Shown here piece by piece: positions 26,007-35,238 of a stretch of 38,748 nt of DNA. The notes beneath the pieces are model-generated. The model had not been told where the DNA came from, ran no database searches, and saw nothing but the letters and a program-made list of their open reading frames with translations. Both the position numbers and the translations under genes were made by a program. Numbering within the stretch: position 1 is the stretch's first letter; each line of letters starts with the position of its first letter. Source of the DNA: Sphaerochaetaceae bacterium (GTDB lineage: Bacteria; Spirochaetota; Spirochaetia; Sphaerochaetales; Sphaerochaetaceae); NCBI GenBank assembly GCA_963598715.1, contig CAVBWE010000041.1:1-38748 (forward strand). Direction: 5' to 3'.

Positions 26007-26984
26007 ATGTTTGATTTTAGATTTCAGAAGATGAGAAGCACCCTTCTTAATAACATACGCTCCTATTTCACCGGGAAGGACTATCTTGAGGTCTTCACGC
26101 CCTCTCTTTCGCCCTATCTCATTCCCGAACCGACAATCAGGGTATTCCAGACCCGTTTCTCAAACGAGTTCGTCGGAGAGAGGGACTTCTTTCTCATACC
26201 CTCACCGGAAGTGTACATGAAGCAGATGCTTGCTTCCGGCTCTCCCTCCATCTTCCAGATATCCCAATGCTTCCGCAATGCCGAGCAGCTGGGAGATGTG
26301 CATAACCCCGAATTCACGATGCTCGAATACTACACGCTGGGCTTCACGGACAGCCAGTCAATTCCCCTTACAACCGATATGATAAGGTCCTGTGCCGTCG
26401 AGGAAAGGGACTGGATGAATAGGGAGCCCCTTGTAATCACCGTCGAGGAGGCGATGTGGGAGAGTGCAGAGGTGGATCTGATAAAGGCCCAGGACTACGG
26501 CTTTCTGAAGGAGGAAGCGGAGAGAAAGGGACTCCATCCGGCTGAAAACGAAAGCTGGGAAGATACGTTCAACAGGATTTTCCTCACATATGTGGAGCCT
26601 TGGCTTCCTGAGGGACGGCTTGTATATCTCAGGGACTATCCCGTCCAGATAGAATGCCTTGCCAGGGAATACCCCGACAGGCCTTACCGGAAAAGATGGG
26701 AGATGTACATAAACGGAACGGAGATAGCCAACTGCTATGACGAGGAGACGGACAGCAGGAAGATACGCCTTTACTGCGAGAAGGAGCAGAAGAGACTCGT
26801 CGAGGAGAGACGGCAGACCGGAGAAGCCGTCTCCACATTCTCACCTTCCTTCCCCGACCTTCCTCTTCCCCAGTCTTCCGGGGTTGCGATAGGACTGGAC
26901 AGGCTTCTGATGGCCGAGACAGGAGAAAAGGAGATAGCCCCTCTTCTCTCCTTTCCCATGAGTGCACTCTTTTATGACAGATGA
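26007..26984 (+). CDS. epmA: EF-P--(R)-beta-lysine ligase (EpmA/PoxA/GenX; truncated class II LysRS paralogue)
   Basis: 325 aa with a class II aaRS core and no anticodon-binding domain (YLEVFTPSLSP, FRNAEQLGDVHNPEFTMLEYY, GVAIGLDRLLM). Lies directly upstream of efp. Confidence 0.8.
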   Translation: MFDFRFQKMRSTLLNNIRSYFTGKDYLEVFTPSLSPYLIPEPTIRVFQTRFSNEFVGERDFFLIPSPEVYMKQMLASGSPSIFQISQCFRNAEQLGDVHNPEFTMLEYYTLGFTDSQSIPLTTDMIRSCAVEERDWMNREPLVITVEEAMWESAEVDLIKAQDYGFLKEEAERKGLHPAENESWEDTFNRIFLTYVEPWLPEGRLVYLRDYPVQIECLAREYPDRPYRKRWEMYINGTEIANCYDEETDSRKIRLYCEKEQKRLVEERRQTGEAVSTFSPSFPDLPLPQSSGVAIGLDRLLMAETGEKEIAPLLSFPMSALFYDR

Positions 26985-27030
26985 CTTCCTGAGGGAACAG
27001 TTTGTGACGCAACAAATTAAGGCCGGCGCC

Positions 27031-27060
27031 TTTACACTCGGCGCATGTTTCTGCTATTCT
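27031..27060 (+). promoter_or_regulatory. Sigma70-like promoter candidate for efp
   Basis: TTTACA (27031-27036), 18-nt spacer, TATTCT (27055-27060), about 45 nt upstream of the efp ATG. GAGGTA RBS. Confidence 0.3.
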
Positions 27061-27105
27061 AAGGCGCGTTGAAACTGTAACTAATATAAACTGAGGTATA
27101 AACAG

Positions 27106-27669
27106 ATGATTAAAGCAGGACAGATTGAAAAGGGTACAGCTCTCCTCATCAAGGGTCAGCCGTTCCTGTGCATCGAAAGAGAATTTGTAAACCCGGGCAA
27201 GGGATCGGCATTCGTCAGGCTCAAGCTCAAGAGCCCCGCAACAGGTCAGACACTCTCCGAGACCATGAAGAGCCAGGATAACGCTGAAGACATCACGATT
27301 GAGGACAGAACCTTCCAGTATCTTTACAACGACGGTGAGAACTTCTCCTTCATGAATGTCGAGAACTATGAGCAGATTGAAGTTCCGATGAAGAACTTCC
27401 CGGACTACGAATACATCATGAAGGACGGTGAGACATACCGCCTCACACTCTGGGAAGACCAGGTCCTCGACATTCAGGTCCCGAGCAAGGTCGTCTATGT
27501 CGTAACGGAGACCGAGGATGCTGCACGCGGAGACACGGTCCAGGGCGTTACGAAGGACGCCGTACTGGAGACCGGACTCAAGATCCGTGTTCCCGGCTTC
27601 ATCAAGCAGGGCGAGAAGGTCAGGGTCAACACCGAGACCAAGGAATACCTGGAAAGAGTCAACGACTGA
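27106..27669 (+). CDS. efp: Translation elongation factor P
   Basis: 187 aa. IKAGQIEKGTALLIKGQPF...VNPGKGSAFVRLKLK carries the conserved loop lysine in PGKG. Confidence 0.95.
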   Translation: MIKAGQIEKGTALLIKGQPFLCIEREFVNPGKGSAFVRLKLKSPATGQTLSETMKSQDNAEDITIEDRTFQYLYNDGENFSFMNVENYEQIEVPMKNFPDYEYIMKDGETYRLTLWEDQVLDIQVPSKVVYVVTETEDAARGDTVQGVTKDAVLETGLKIRVPGFIKQGEKVRVNTETKEYLERVND

Positions 27670-27686
27670 TGAACCAGTCTTTAAAA

Positions 27687-27724
27687 TCCCCCGTCCTGAA
27701 AGAGAGGCGGGGGAATTTCTTTTA
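27687..27724. terminator. Bidirectional intrinsic terminator between efp and deoD
   Basis: TCCCCCG (27687-27693) pairs with CGGGGGA (27708-27714). AATTTCTTTT follows on the plus strand and ATTTTAAAG on the minus strand. Confidence 0.55.
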
Positions 27725-28435
27725 CGATATTAGGGTCGAGAGCGCAACTTCAATCATGTCGTCGAACGTCGTCTCGCGCTCCTTTCCCGTTGTCTGCTCT
27801 CCCGTGACCATACTGTCACTGACAGTGAAGAGGGCCAGCGTCTCGACGTTTCTGAGTGCCCCCAGCGTATAGAGCTCCGCACTCTCCATCTCCACTGCCA
27901 TTATCCCGAGCTTCTTCATCAGTTCATCGGTTTTCTCCGGACTGTCGCTGTAGAATGCGTCAGAGGAGAAGCACTCTCCGACGGTTACCCTCAGTCCCCT
28001 CCTCAGGGCTTCTTCATAGGCCTTGACCATAAGAGAAAAGGAAGGAACGGGTGCAAAGTGGAATGATGAGCCGAAGCGGCTGGAGTTCATGGCACTGTCA
28101 CTGGACGCTGCCTGGGCTATGAAGATATCACGAAGGCGAAGGGACGGGCTCATGGAGCCGCATGTACCGACCCTGATAAGCCGTCTGCACCCGAATACCT
28201 GTATGAGTTCACCGGCATAGATCGAGAATGAGGGCATCCCCATTCCGGTTCCCTGAACGGAAACCCTTTCACCCTTCCAGTATCCCGTATAGCCGAGCAT
28301 TCCCCTCGTCCGGTTATAGCATACGCTTTCGGTGAAGAAGGTTTCGGCTATATGACGTGCCCTCAAGGGGTCCCCGGGAAGAAGTATGCGTTCTGCAATC
28401 TCTCCCTTTTCTGCACTTATGTGGGGTGTTGCCAT
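27722..28435 (-). CDS. deoD: Purine nucleoside phosphorylase, DeoD type
   Basis: MATPHISAEKGEIAERILLPGDPLRARHIAETF and GMGMPSFSIYAGELI are the hexameric PNP signature. Start set at ATG 28435, 1 nt after the upstream MFS stop, giving 237 aa. Confidence 0.85.
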   Translation of the reverse strand: MATPHISAEKGEIAERILLPGDPLRARHIAETFFTESVCYNRTRGMLGYTGYWKGERVSVQGTGMGMPSFSIYAGELIQVFGCRRLIRVGTCGSMSPSLRLRDIFIAQAASSDSAMNSSRFGSSFHFAPVPSFSLMVKAYEEALRRGLRVTVGECFSSDAFYSDSPEKTDELMKKLGIMAVEMESAELYTLGALRNVETLALFTVSDSMVTGEQTTGKERETTFDDMIEVALSTLIS

Positions 28436-28436
28436 T

Positions 28437-29873
28437 TCAGTCATCGCCTCCCAGAGCTTCAAGTCCCTTTGAATTCTGTATTTTCGAAGCCTTTATGTTC
28501 TTTACAAGAAGCGTGAAAAGAACAAACGAAACAAGAAGAAGAACTCCGCTGTAGACCGGAAGGACTCCCCACAGGCTGAGCTTTGTCAGGAGAAGTCCCA
28601 GGAGTACCGGAGTGACAGTCTGTGCCGCCATGCTGGAGGCATAGTAATAGCCTGTGAACTGACCGATTTTCCTGCTTGAACAGAGCTCGACTATCATCGG
28701 GAAGGAACAGTTATGGACAAGTGACATTCCAAATCCCTTGATGACCCAGACGGCATAGAGCAGGACCGGAAACGAATATTCGCCGTTTGCTCCGACAACC
28801 TTCTCTGTCGGAGACACCAGCGACATCACAATATATGCACAGAGCGTCACGCCGAGTCCCGTGGAAATAGTCCACTTGCGCCCTATTCTGTCGGCAATGC
28901 TTCCTGCCGTTGCAAATCCGATAACGGATGCCAGGCCGCCGGTTATGGTGAGTATCATCGTCGCGCTTGATGAACTGTTGAGATAATAGATTACATAGTT
29001 GCCTATGTACGTTCCGACTGCATTGTCGGCCATGAACCAGAAGAACTCAGCAAGAAGGATTGCACAGAGCATCCTTCTGTTTGCCCTGCTCATGGGCCTG
29101 GAATCATCTACGGGATTCTCGATCTGGGCAAGTTTCTCGCCTTCTTCCATCTCATCCTTCATCTCCTCTTCAAGCCTGTTCTCCCTTATCGAGAAGAAGA
29201 GGACGAGGGCAGAAACCACCATGAGGACGGAGGCTATGACAAACGGTATCTCTATGATGAATGCCCGCCTTGCCTCGTCGGGTGCATTTATGTAATTCGA
29301 GAGCGGGAGGAAGATTCCGAGAACCGTTGCCGCGGCTCCGCCAAGATATCCCATGATATTGATGATTCCGTTCGCCTTTGCCCTGAGCGGCTTCGGAGTG
29401 ATGTCCGGCATGAGCGCAACTGCAGGATTACGGTACATCATCATGAAGATGAGCACTATGGCCATGCATACAACCATCGCCGCGATGTTGTTGGAATGGA
29501 AAAATACCGGAATGAACGGAAATACGACTGCCGAGACAAATGTTCCGGTAAGGATATAGGGCATTCTCTTTCCGATCGGGCTCTTTGTCCTGTCGGAAAG
29601 ACGACCGAAAAGCGGAAGCAGAATCAGGGCCGCAAGATTGTCGCATGCCATAATGATTCCGACGAGCCACTGAACGTTGAGTATGTGCTCACTGTTACCT
29701 TCCGCCTTGAGGGCAGAAGAGGAAATGCCGTACATACGGCGGGCGAATATGTCCGTAAGGAATGTCGGGCACCACGAGTCATATACCTGCCATAAAAGAA
29801 GTATGCCGAAGAAGGCAAATCCTATAAGACAGGTTCTCCTGTAATTCAGTTTCAGTCTGCTGGATCGGGTCAT
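28437..29873 (-). CDS. MFS-superfamily transporter (GPH/SLC45-like)
   Basis: About 12 TM segments. The loop motif GRLSDRTKSPIGKRMPYIL resembles the GPH/SLC45 signature G-x-x-SDR...G(R/K)RxP. Start set at ATG 29873 (MTRSSRLKLNYRR...) because ORF start 30110 would overlap divergent epmB by 150 nt and adds non-membrane sequence. Confidence 0.8.
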   Translation of the reverse strand: MTRSSRLKLNYRRTCLIGFAFFGILLLWQVYDSWCPTFLTDIFARRMYGISSSALKAEGNSEHILNVQWLVGIIMACDNLAALILLPLFGRLSDRTKSPIGKRMPYILTGTFVSAVVFPFIPVFFHSNNIAAMVVCMAIVLIFMMMYRNPAVALMPDITPKPLRAKANGIINIMGYLGGAAATVLGIFLPLSNYINAPDEARRAFIIEIPFVIASVLMVVSALVLFFSIRENRLEEEMKDEMEEGEKLAQIENPVDDSRPMSRANRRMLCAILLAEFFWFMADNAVGTYIGNYVIYYLNSSSSATMILTITGGLASVIGFATAGSIADRIGRKWTISTGLGVTLCAYIVMSLVSPTEKVVGANGEYSFPVLLYAVWVIKGFGMSLVHNCSFPMIVELCSSRKIGQFTGYYYASSMAAQTVTPVLLGLLLTKLSLWGVLPVYSGVLLLVSFVLFTLLVKNIKASKIQNSKGLEALGGDD

Positions 29874-29958
29874 GCTAAAAGCTCCATTTGATTCATTATA
29901 AGCCAATTGTAAGGCATTACGAAAGTTTTTGTCTTTTTCCTTCTGCTTTACATCGTAA

Positions 29959-31005
29959 ATGAAATGGGATAAAACAGTTTGCATGCCTATCACGAGTATT
30001 GAAGAACTGGAAAAAACCGTCAGTCTTACTGAAGACGAGAGGAAATGGGATCCATATGGGCCATGTACGCTGCCCCTCCTGATCTCCGACAGCATTATTC
30101 CGCTTCTCACGGCCGATGCCGTAAGGCGTCAGTTCGTTCCGTCCGGAAAGGAGAATACAGATACGCTCGGATGCCTCGACCCGCAGATGGAAAGGGAATA
30201 CTCAGTGACGAAACGCCTTGTAAGGCGCTACGCCAACAGGGCGGCATTTCTCGTGACTGACGCCTGTTTTGCATACTGCAGGCACTGCTTCAGGCGGCGC
30301 TTTTCCGGCAGCATGGTCGGCCCCTGCTCAAAAAAGGACATAGACGAGGCGACTTCCTTTCTTTCCGCACACATGGAGATTAAGGAGGTTCTTCTTACGG
30401 GAGGAGATCTCTTTACACTTTCAGATGAAAAGCTGGACTGTCTTCTCTCAGCATTCAAAAGTGCGCGCGAGGACATAATATACAGACTCTGCACGCGCTC
30501 TCTTCTGAGTAACCCCGCACGTTTTACCCCGTCCCTCTTCAGCATACTTGAGAAAAACAGCTTCGGTGCACCTTTCTATCTCATGACACAGTTCAATCAC
30601 CCTTCAGAGATAACGCATGAAGCTGCCATGGCCGTCAGAGGCTTTGTACGTCTCGGTATCCCGATAATGAACCAGACGGTTCTTCTTAAAGGCGTCAATG
30701 ATTCTCCCCAGGTGCTCGAGGAGCTCTCCGATACTCTTCTCAGAAACAGAATCAAGCCCTACTACCTCTTCCAGGGAGACCTTGTACAGGGGACAGGACA
30801 CCTCAGGGTTTCGCTGAGCCGGGGACTCGAGATTGAAGAAGAGCTGAGGCGCCGTCTCTCCGGACTCGGCATGCCGCAGTACACGCTCGATCTTCCTCAG
30901 GGAGGAGGAAAAATTCCATTGACCAGGAACATGCTCGGCCCGCTCAGTGACGGCATATGGACAGTGATGACTCCGGACGGGGACGTGAGACACTATCCCG
31001 ATTGA
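29959..31005 (+). CDS. epmB: KamA-family radical SAM lysine 2,3-aminomutase (EpmB/YjeK-type)
   Basis: CxxxCxxC cluster CFAYCRHCFRRRF. The 348-aa length matches EpmB rather than the longer clostridial KamA. Clustered with epmA and efp. Confidence 0.8.
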   Translation: MKWDKTVCMPITSIEELEKTVSLTEDERKWDPYGPCTLPLLISDSIIPLLTADAVRRQFVPSGKENTDTLGCLDPQMEREYSVTKRLVRRYANRAAFLVTDACFAYCRHCFRRRFSGSMVGPCSKKDIDEATSFLSAHMEIKEVLLTGGDLFTLSDEKLDCLLSAFKSAREDIIYRLCTRSLLSNPARFTPSLFSILEKNSFGAPFYLMTQFNHPSEITHEAAMAVRGFVRLGIPIMNQTVLLKGVNDSPQVLEELSDTLLRNRIKPYYLFQGDLVQGTGHLRVSLSRGLEIEEELRRRLSGLGMPQYTLDLPQGGGKIPLTRNMLGPLSDGIWTVMTPDGDVRHYPD

Positions 31006-31008
31006 AAA

Positions 31009-31028
31009 GCGGGAGATTTCTCTCCCGC
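31009..31028. terminator. Perfect 8-bp GC-rich hairpin between convergent genes (bidirectional terminator candidate)
   Basis: GCGGGAGA-tttc-TCTCCCGC. On the minus strand it is followed by TTTTCAAT. On the plus strand the downstream T content is moderate. Confidence 0.55.
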
Positions 31029-31055
31029 GGTATATTCCGTTTAACAATTGATTTC

Positions 31056-31718
31056 CTAATAACCGAGTTCCCTGAGAATATCCTCAAACTCCGTGCTTCT
31101 CGCCTGTGTGCGGTCCTTTACTGCAGGATCCGGAAAAGAAGTTTCTCCCTTCGCAACTGAAGACGAAAGATATTCCTCAAGGGCATTACGGAACGCTTCT
31201 GATGAGACTATATTCCTTATTGCAGCATCCGTAGCCGAAGAAGACGTAAGGTTCTTCCTGATTTCATCGGTCATCACCGACATGAAGAGTTCGTCATCAA
31301 GCAGTTCAGTCACGATTTCATCAGATGAAACAATGGAAGATGAAAGCGCCCTGTCACGTTCCTTCAGTTCCTCGAACGTGCGGCTTGAGGATGACCTTTC
31401 ATCGCTGATGGACTTTTCAAGTTCACTCATCCTCTCGTCGGTGTATTTCCGGCTCTTCTCGCTCACGGCAGAAAGGAATTTCTCGTTTCCGAGAAGAACG
31501 GCACAAACTTCGGCTGCAGTCAGCGCTCCTTCTCCTGTACCTGATTCTTCTTCCGGTGCGGAGGAAGACGGAAGCCGCCTTTTTTCCGCTTCTTCAAGAA
31601 TTACCGAGGCAAGAGTCTCATCTCCCCTCGCAGGATTGAAGAAATATGCGGCTCCTGCTGCAAACAAAACAAGCATCAGCGTAAGACAAAGTAAAACAAC
31701 TGCCGTATTCTTACTCAT
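31056..31718 (-). CDS. Hypothetical membrane-anchored protein (N-terminal TM, acidic Ser-rich helical ectodomain)
   Basis: MSKNTAVVLLCLTLMLVLFAAGAAYFF signal anchor. The start overlaps the coaE stop by 1 nt (TGATG), placing it in the polA-coaE transcription unit. No recognisable family. Confidence 0.6.
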   Translation of the reverse strand: MSKNTAVVLLCLTLMLVLFAAGAAYFFNPARGDETLASVILEEAEKRRLPSSSAPEEESGTGEGALTAAEVCAVLLGNEKFLSAVSEKSRKYTDERMSELEKSISDERSSSSRTFEELKERDRALSSSIVSSDEIVTELLDDELFMSVMTDEIRKNLTSSSATDAAIRNIVSSEAFRNALEEYLSSSVAKGETSFPDPAVKDRTQARSTEFEDILRELGY

Positions 31719-32308
31719 CAGTTCTTCCCCTCCTGAATGGTAGCACAGTAAGCATTCACTTGTCGAGAAAGAGCTTCACTGTCTTTGTCATTAAAAATCG
31801 TGATGACTTTCCTGCCCGAAGAAAAGAGGCTCAGTCCTATGTCAGTCTGGCTCGAGAAGCGTTCCATGGCCTTTTCCCGTGTAATGCCGTCCCTCGCCAT
31901 TGCTCTTTTTATCCTTGTCTCCCTGTCTGCCGTCACAAGAATGATTTCGTCGCAATGGGGAACAAAGCCCATCGATTCGAGAAGAGCCGCATTTATGACT
32001 GCGATTTTCCCGTTTTTCTCGATTTCCCTGCACTGCCGGAGGGTCTCTTCAACCATCCGCGGATGTGTTATCGCATTAAGAAGGGAAAGCTTCTCATCGG
32101 ATGAGAAGACGATTTTTCCAAGACGTTTTCTGTCAACGCTGCCGTTCAGGATGACATCATCACCGAATGCCCGGCGTATTTCTTCCCTTCTGTCCTCCAG
32201 CACGGCATGCCCCAGCCTGTCCTCGTCGATAACGCAGAACCTCTCATCCAGAAGGGAGGCAACCTCATTCTTTCCTGCGCAGCTCTTACCCGTAAGTCCT
32301 ATGATCAA
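31718..32308 (-). CDS. coaE: Dephospho-CoA kinase
   Basis: MIIGLTGKSCAGKN P-loop at the extreme N-terminus, ~196 aa, THP and VVD-like blocks (AITHPRM, IAVINAALL). 4-nt overlap with polA. Confidence 0.85.
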   Translation of the reverse strand: MIIGLTGKSCAGKNEVASLLDERFCVIDEDRLGHAVLEDRREEIRRAFGDDVILNGSVDRKRLGKIVFSSDEKLSLLNAITHPRMVEETLRQCREIEKNGKIAVINAALLESMGFVPHCDEIILVTADRETRIKRAMARDGITREKAMERFSSQTDIGLSLFSSGRKVITIFNDKDSEALSRQVNAYCATIQEGKN

Positions 32309-35196
32309 TTGTGCATGTCCCCCCAGGATTCTCCACTCTCGACGGAGACGCAGAGCGGCACGCTGAGAACGCAGGCGCCCTCCATTTTCTCCTTCACCAT
32401 CCTTTCCATTTCTTCCTTTTCTTCAAGAGGAACCTCGAAGATGAGCTCGTCATGTACCTGGAGTATGAGCTTCGACTTAAGTCCTCTCTCCTTCATTTCC
32501 GCGGTTACGTCTATCATCGCCTTCTTCATGATTTCAGCAGCTGTTCCCTGGATGACGGTATTCACTGCTGTTCTCTCGGCCGCGGCCTTTTCCGTCCTGT
32601 TGCGGCTGTTGATGCCGCTTATCTGTCTGACATGGCCCCAGTATGTGGTGACATAACCCTTCGCCTCCGCTTCCCTTACTGTCTTCTCCACAAAAGTCCT
32701 GACGGAACTGTAGCGCTCAAAGTAGCGCTTTATGAAGTCAGATGCCTCGCTTCGCGATATGCCGAGCTCACCTGCGAGCCTGAAAGCTGACATACCGTAC
32801 ATGATGCCGAAGTTGATTGTCTTTGCAATTCTTCTCTCGGCTGAGGTGACGTCCTCCATCTTCTTGCCGAAGATGGATGCCGCCGTATGACGGTGTACGT
32901 CCTCTCCGGTGAGAAAAGCTTCCCTCAGACCGCTGTCTCCACTCATCCAGCTGAGTACAACAAGCTCTATCTGGGAGTAATCGGCACTGATGAAGACAGA
33001 GCCCTTGCGGGGAAGGAAGGAAGAACGTATGAGCCTTCCCTCCTCCGTTCTGACCGGAATATTCTGCAGGTTCGGATTACGGGAAGACAGCCGTCCTGTT
33101 GCGGTTCCCGTCTGAAGGAAGGTCGTATGGACCCTTCCGTTATCATCCCGGAGGGATGGCAGAACATCGATGTATGTGCTCTTGAGCTTTGAGAGCATGC
33201 GGTATTCGAGAAGAAGGGGTATTACCGGGTCACCGGAAGAGGAGAGACTTTCGAGAGTTGCCGTATCCGTCGAATAGCCGCGCATGGTCTTCTTTCCGTG
33301 TTCAAGCCCCCTCTCCTCATAGAGAAGCTTCGAAAGCTGCATCGTCGAGTTTATGTTGAAGGTATAGCCTGCAAGAAGGAAGATCTTTCTTTCAACCTCT
33401 TCCAGGCGGCTGTCCGTCTTTTCCTTGAGGGTTTTCATCCTCTCCGGTGAAAGATAGATTCCCTCGGCTTCCATGGCCGAAAGAATGTGCATCAGCGGCA
33501 GTTCCGTTGTCTCGTATACTTTTTCCAGGCCCTTCTCGATAAGACGGCGCGAGAGTACGCGGTCAAGCCGCATTATGGTGTCGGCACGAAGAGAGCAGTA
33601 GCGCATGAGAAGGTCCTCTCCCGCATCCTCCATTTTCCCGCTGCCCTTTATATCAGAAAGCTCCAGAAGCGACGAAGAAAAGTATTTTCCGCTGAGAACC
33701 GAAAGTGTGTATATACCGTCATTCGATGACACAAGCCAGGAAAGAATCATCGTGTCGGATTTTATCGTGCATCCGCTATTTCTTTCTCCGAGAAAGCGCA
33801 GAAGGCGTTTTCCGTCATGCGTGATTATCCGGATCTTTCCCGTAGAGAAATACTTTTGTGAAAGTGCAATGAAATCCCCTTCAGTCATTTTACCTGCAGA
33901 AAACGGAACAAAGACCGCAGAGAGGGGCTCTGATGTGTATGCAAAGCCGTAAGCGGGAGAGGAAGGATCCTCGTTCTCCATGAGAAGAAAAAGCGAAATC
34001 ACGCCATCGCGGAACGCCGTGATTTTCTCAAAATCCTCTTCAACTTCATCCACAGTTCTCTTTATGCTGTATTTCCCCTTTCCGAGAAGATACTTCTCGC
34101 TGTCATTGAGAAGATGCTCTTCCGGCACGACGGGATTCTCCTCATCTGCCTTTTTTCCGTCATCCTTCTCCTTTCCTCCGCGTGCACGGATGGCAAGCGA
34201 GCGGAGATTCCTCTTCTCGAAATCCTCTGCAGAACGCGACGGGTCAAGAGACGAGACGGAAAGGGATGAGATGTCAAAGCCCGGGGGAAGTGCATCAGAG
34301 GAGAGGACTATGAGACGCCGGCTGAGTTCCGCTTTTTCCCGTCCCTCTTCAAGTTTCTTCCTCTCTCCTTTCCTGAGCGAGTCGAGATGCCTGTATATGC
34401 CGTCAAGGGAAACATATTCGCTGAGAAGCCTTGCTGCGCTTTTCTCCCCGATTCCGCTGACACCCGGAACATTGTCGGCACTGTCTCCGATGAGGGTAAG
34501 GTAGTCCACTATCTGTTCCGGGTAGACTCCATACTCGGCCTTCACTTCCTCCCTTCCCATCATCGTATATCTGCTTTCCCCCCTCTTCTTCGGAGGCCTG
34601 AGTATTGATACTGAGGGACTTACGAGCTGACACAGGTCCTTGTCTCCGGAAACGATGACCGTACGCCAGCCGTTTGCAGTGGCCTCTCCGGCAAGGGAAG
34701 CCATGACATCATCGGCTTCATAGCCGCTTCTGCTGACAACGCTTATTCCCATTTTCGAAAGAGTCTCGCATATCATGGGAACACTCTTATGAAGATCCTC
34801 GGGAGCCTTTTCTCTTGTAGCCTTGTATTCAGGATACATGACATGACGGAAGGTCGGTTCCTTTTCATCCATCGTGACGGCAATGCCGTCCATGGTGTTT
34901 TCCTTCAGGATGTGGAACAGCGTCTGGAAGAAGCCGTAGTAAGCGGATATGTTCGTGCCGTCAGCGTCCATAATCGGACGCGAGATGAAGGCCCAGTAAC
35001 TCTTGTAGATAATCGAGTAGCCGTCAAGAAGAAAGAGGGTACGGTCCCATGAGATGGTTTCCTCTTCCCTTTTTTTCCTCTCCTTCTCCTCGTTCTTTTC
35101 CCTTATCCTGTCCTGTCTCTCTCTTTCCGACCTGCGTTTCTCGCTTCCGATGAGTTCCTGGTCAAGGTCAGCTTCACTGAAGAGTTCTCCTTCCAT
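32305..35196 (-). CDS. polA: DNA polymerase I
   Basis: 5'-nuclease domain (LLDGYSIIYKSYWAF, SGDKDLCQL, GIGEKSAARLL). Polymerase motif A (DYSQIELVVL), motif B (RRIAKTINFGIMYG) and motif C (QVHDELIFE). Confidence 0.95.
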   Translation of the reverse strand: MEGELFSEADLDQELIGSEKRRSERERQDRIREKNEEKERKKREEETISWDRTLFLLDGYSIIYKSYWAFISRPIMDADGTNISAYYGFFQTLFHILKENTMDGIAVTMDEKEPTFRHVMYPEYKATREKAPEDLHKSVPMICETLSKMGISVVSRSGYEADDVMASLAGEATANGWRTVIVSGDKDLCQLVSPSVSILRPPKKRGESRYTMMGREEVKAEYGVYPEQIVDYLTLIGDSADNVPGVSGIGEKSAARLLSEYVSLDGIYRHLDSLRKGERKKLEEGREKAELSRRLIVLSSDALPPGFDISSLSVSSLDPSRSAEDFEKRNLRSLAIRARGGKEKDDGKKADEENPVVPEEHLLNDSEKYLLGKGKYSIKRTVDEVEEDFEKITAFRDGVISLFLLMENEDPSSPAYGFAYTSEPLSAVFVPFSAGKMTEGDFIALSQKYFSTGKIRIITHDGKRLLRFLGERNSGCTIKSDTMILSWLVSSNDGIYTLSVLSGKYFSSSLLELSDIKGSGKMEDAGEDLLMRYCSLRADTIMRLDRVLSRRLIEKGLEKVYETTELPLMHILSAMEAEGIYLSPERMKTLKEKTDSRLEEVERKIFLLAGYTFNINSTMQLSKLLYEERGLEHGKKTMRGYSTDTATLESLSSSGDPVIPLLLEYRMLSKLKSTYIDVLPSLRDDNGRVHTTFLQTGTATGRLSSRNPNLQNIPVRTEEGRLIRSSFLPRKGSVFISADYSQIELVVLSWMSGDSGLREAFLTGEDVHRHTAASIFGKKMEDVTSAERRIAKTINFGIMYGMSAFRLAGELGISRSEASDFIKRYFERYSSVRTFVEKTVREAEAKGYVTTYWGHVRQISGINSRNRTEKAAAERTAVNTVIQGTAAEIMKKAMIDVTAEMKERGLKSKLILQVHDELIFEVPLEEKEEMERMVKEKMEGACVLSVPLCVSVESGESWGDMHN

Positions 35197-35238
35197 CTGT
35201 ATCCTCCAGAGACAGTATAAATGAAAAAACGGAGAAGT

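Noticed and set aside
29874-30110. Extended N-termini offered by the ORF track: MFS 28437..30110, binding protein from 8170, plsC from 15268, ABC exporter from 17024, deoD from 28462
   Set aside because: The extensions overlap neighbouring genes by 40-150 nt or add non-homologous sequence. Internal ATGs give canonical family N-termini and sit 1-8 nt from the upstream stop codon or behind a good RBS.
31093-31743. 216-aa plus-strand ORF almost exactly antisense to the 220-aa minus-strand ORF 31056..31718
   Set aside because: Its translation is low-complexity Ser-rich with no signal or motif. It is the mirror of the GA-rich acidic/Ser codons of the minus-strand gene, which has a clear signal anchor and a 1-nt start/stop overlap with coaE. 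It is a shadow ORF.
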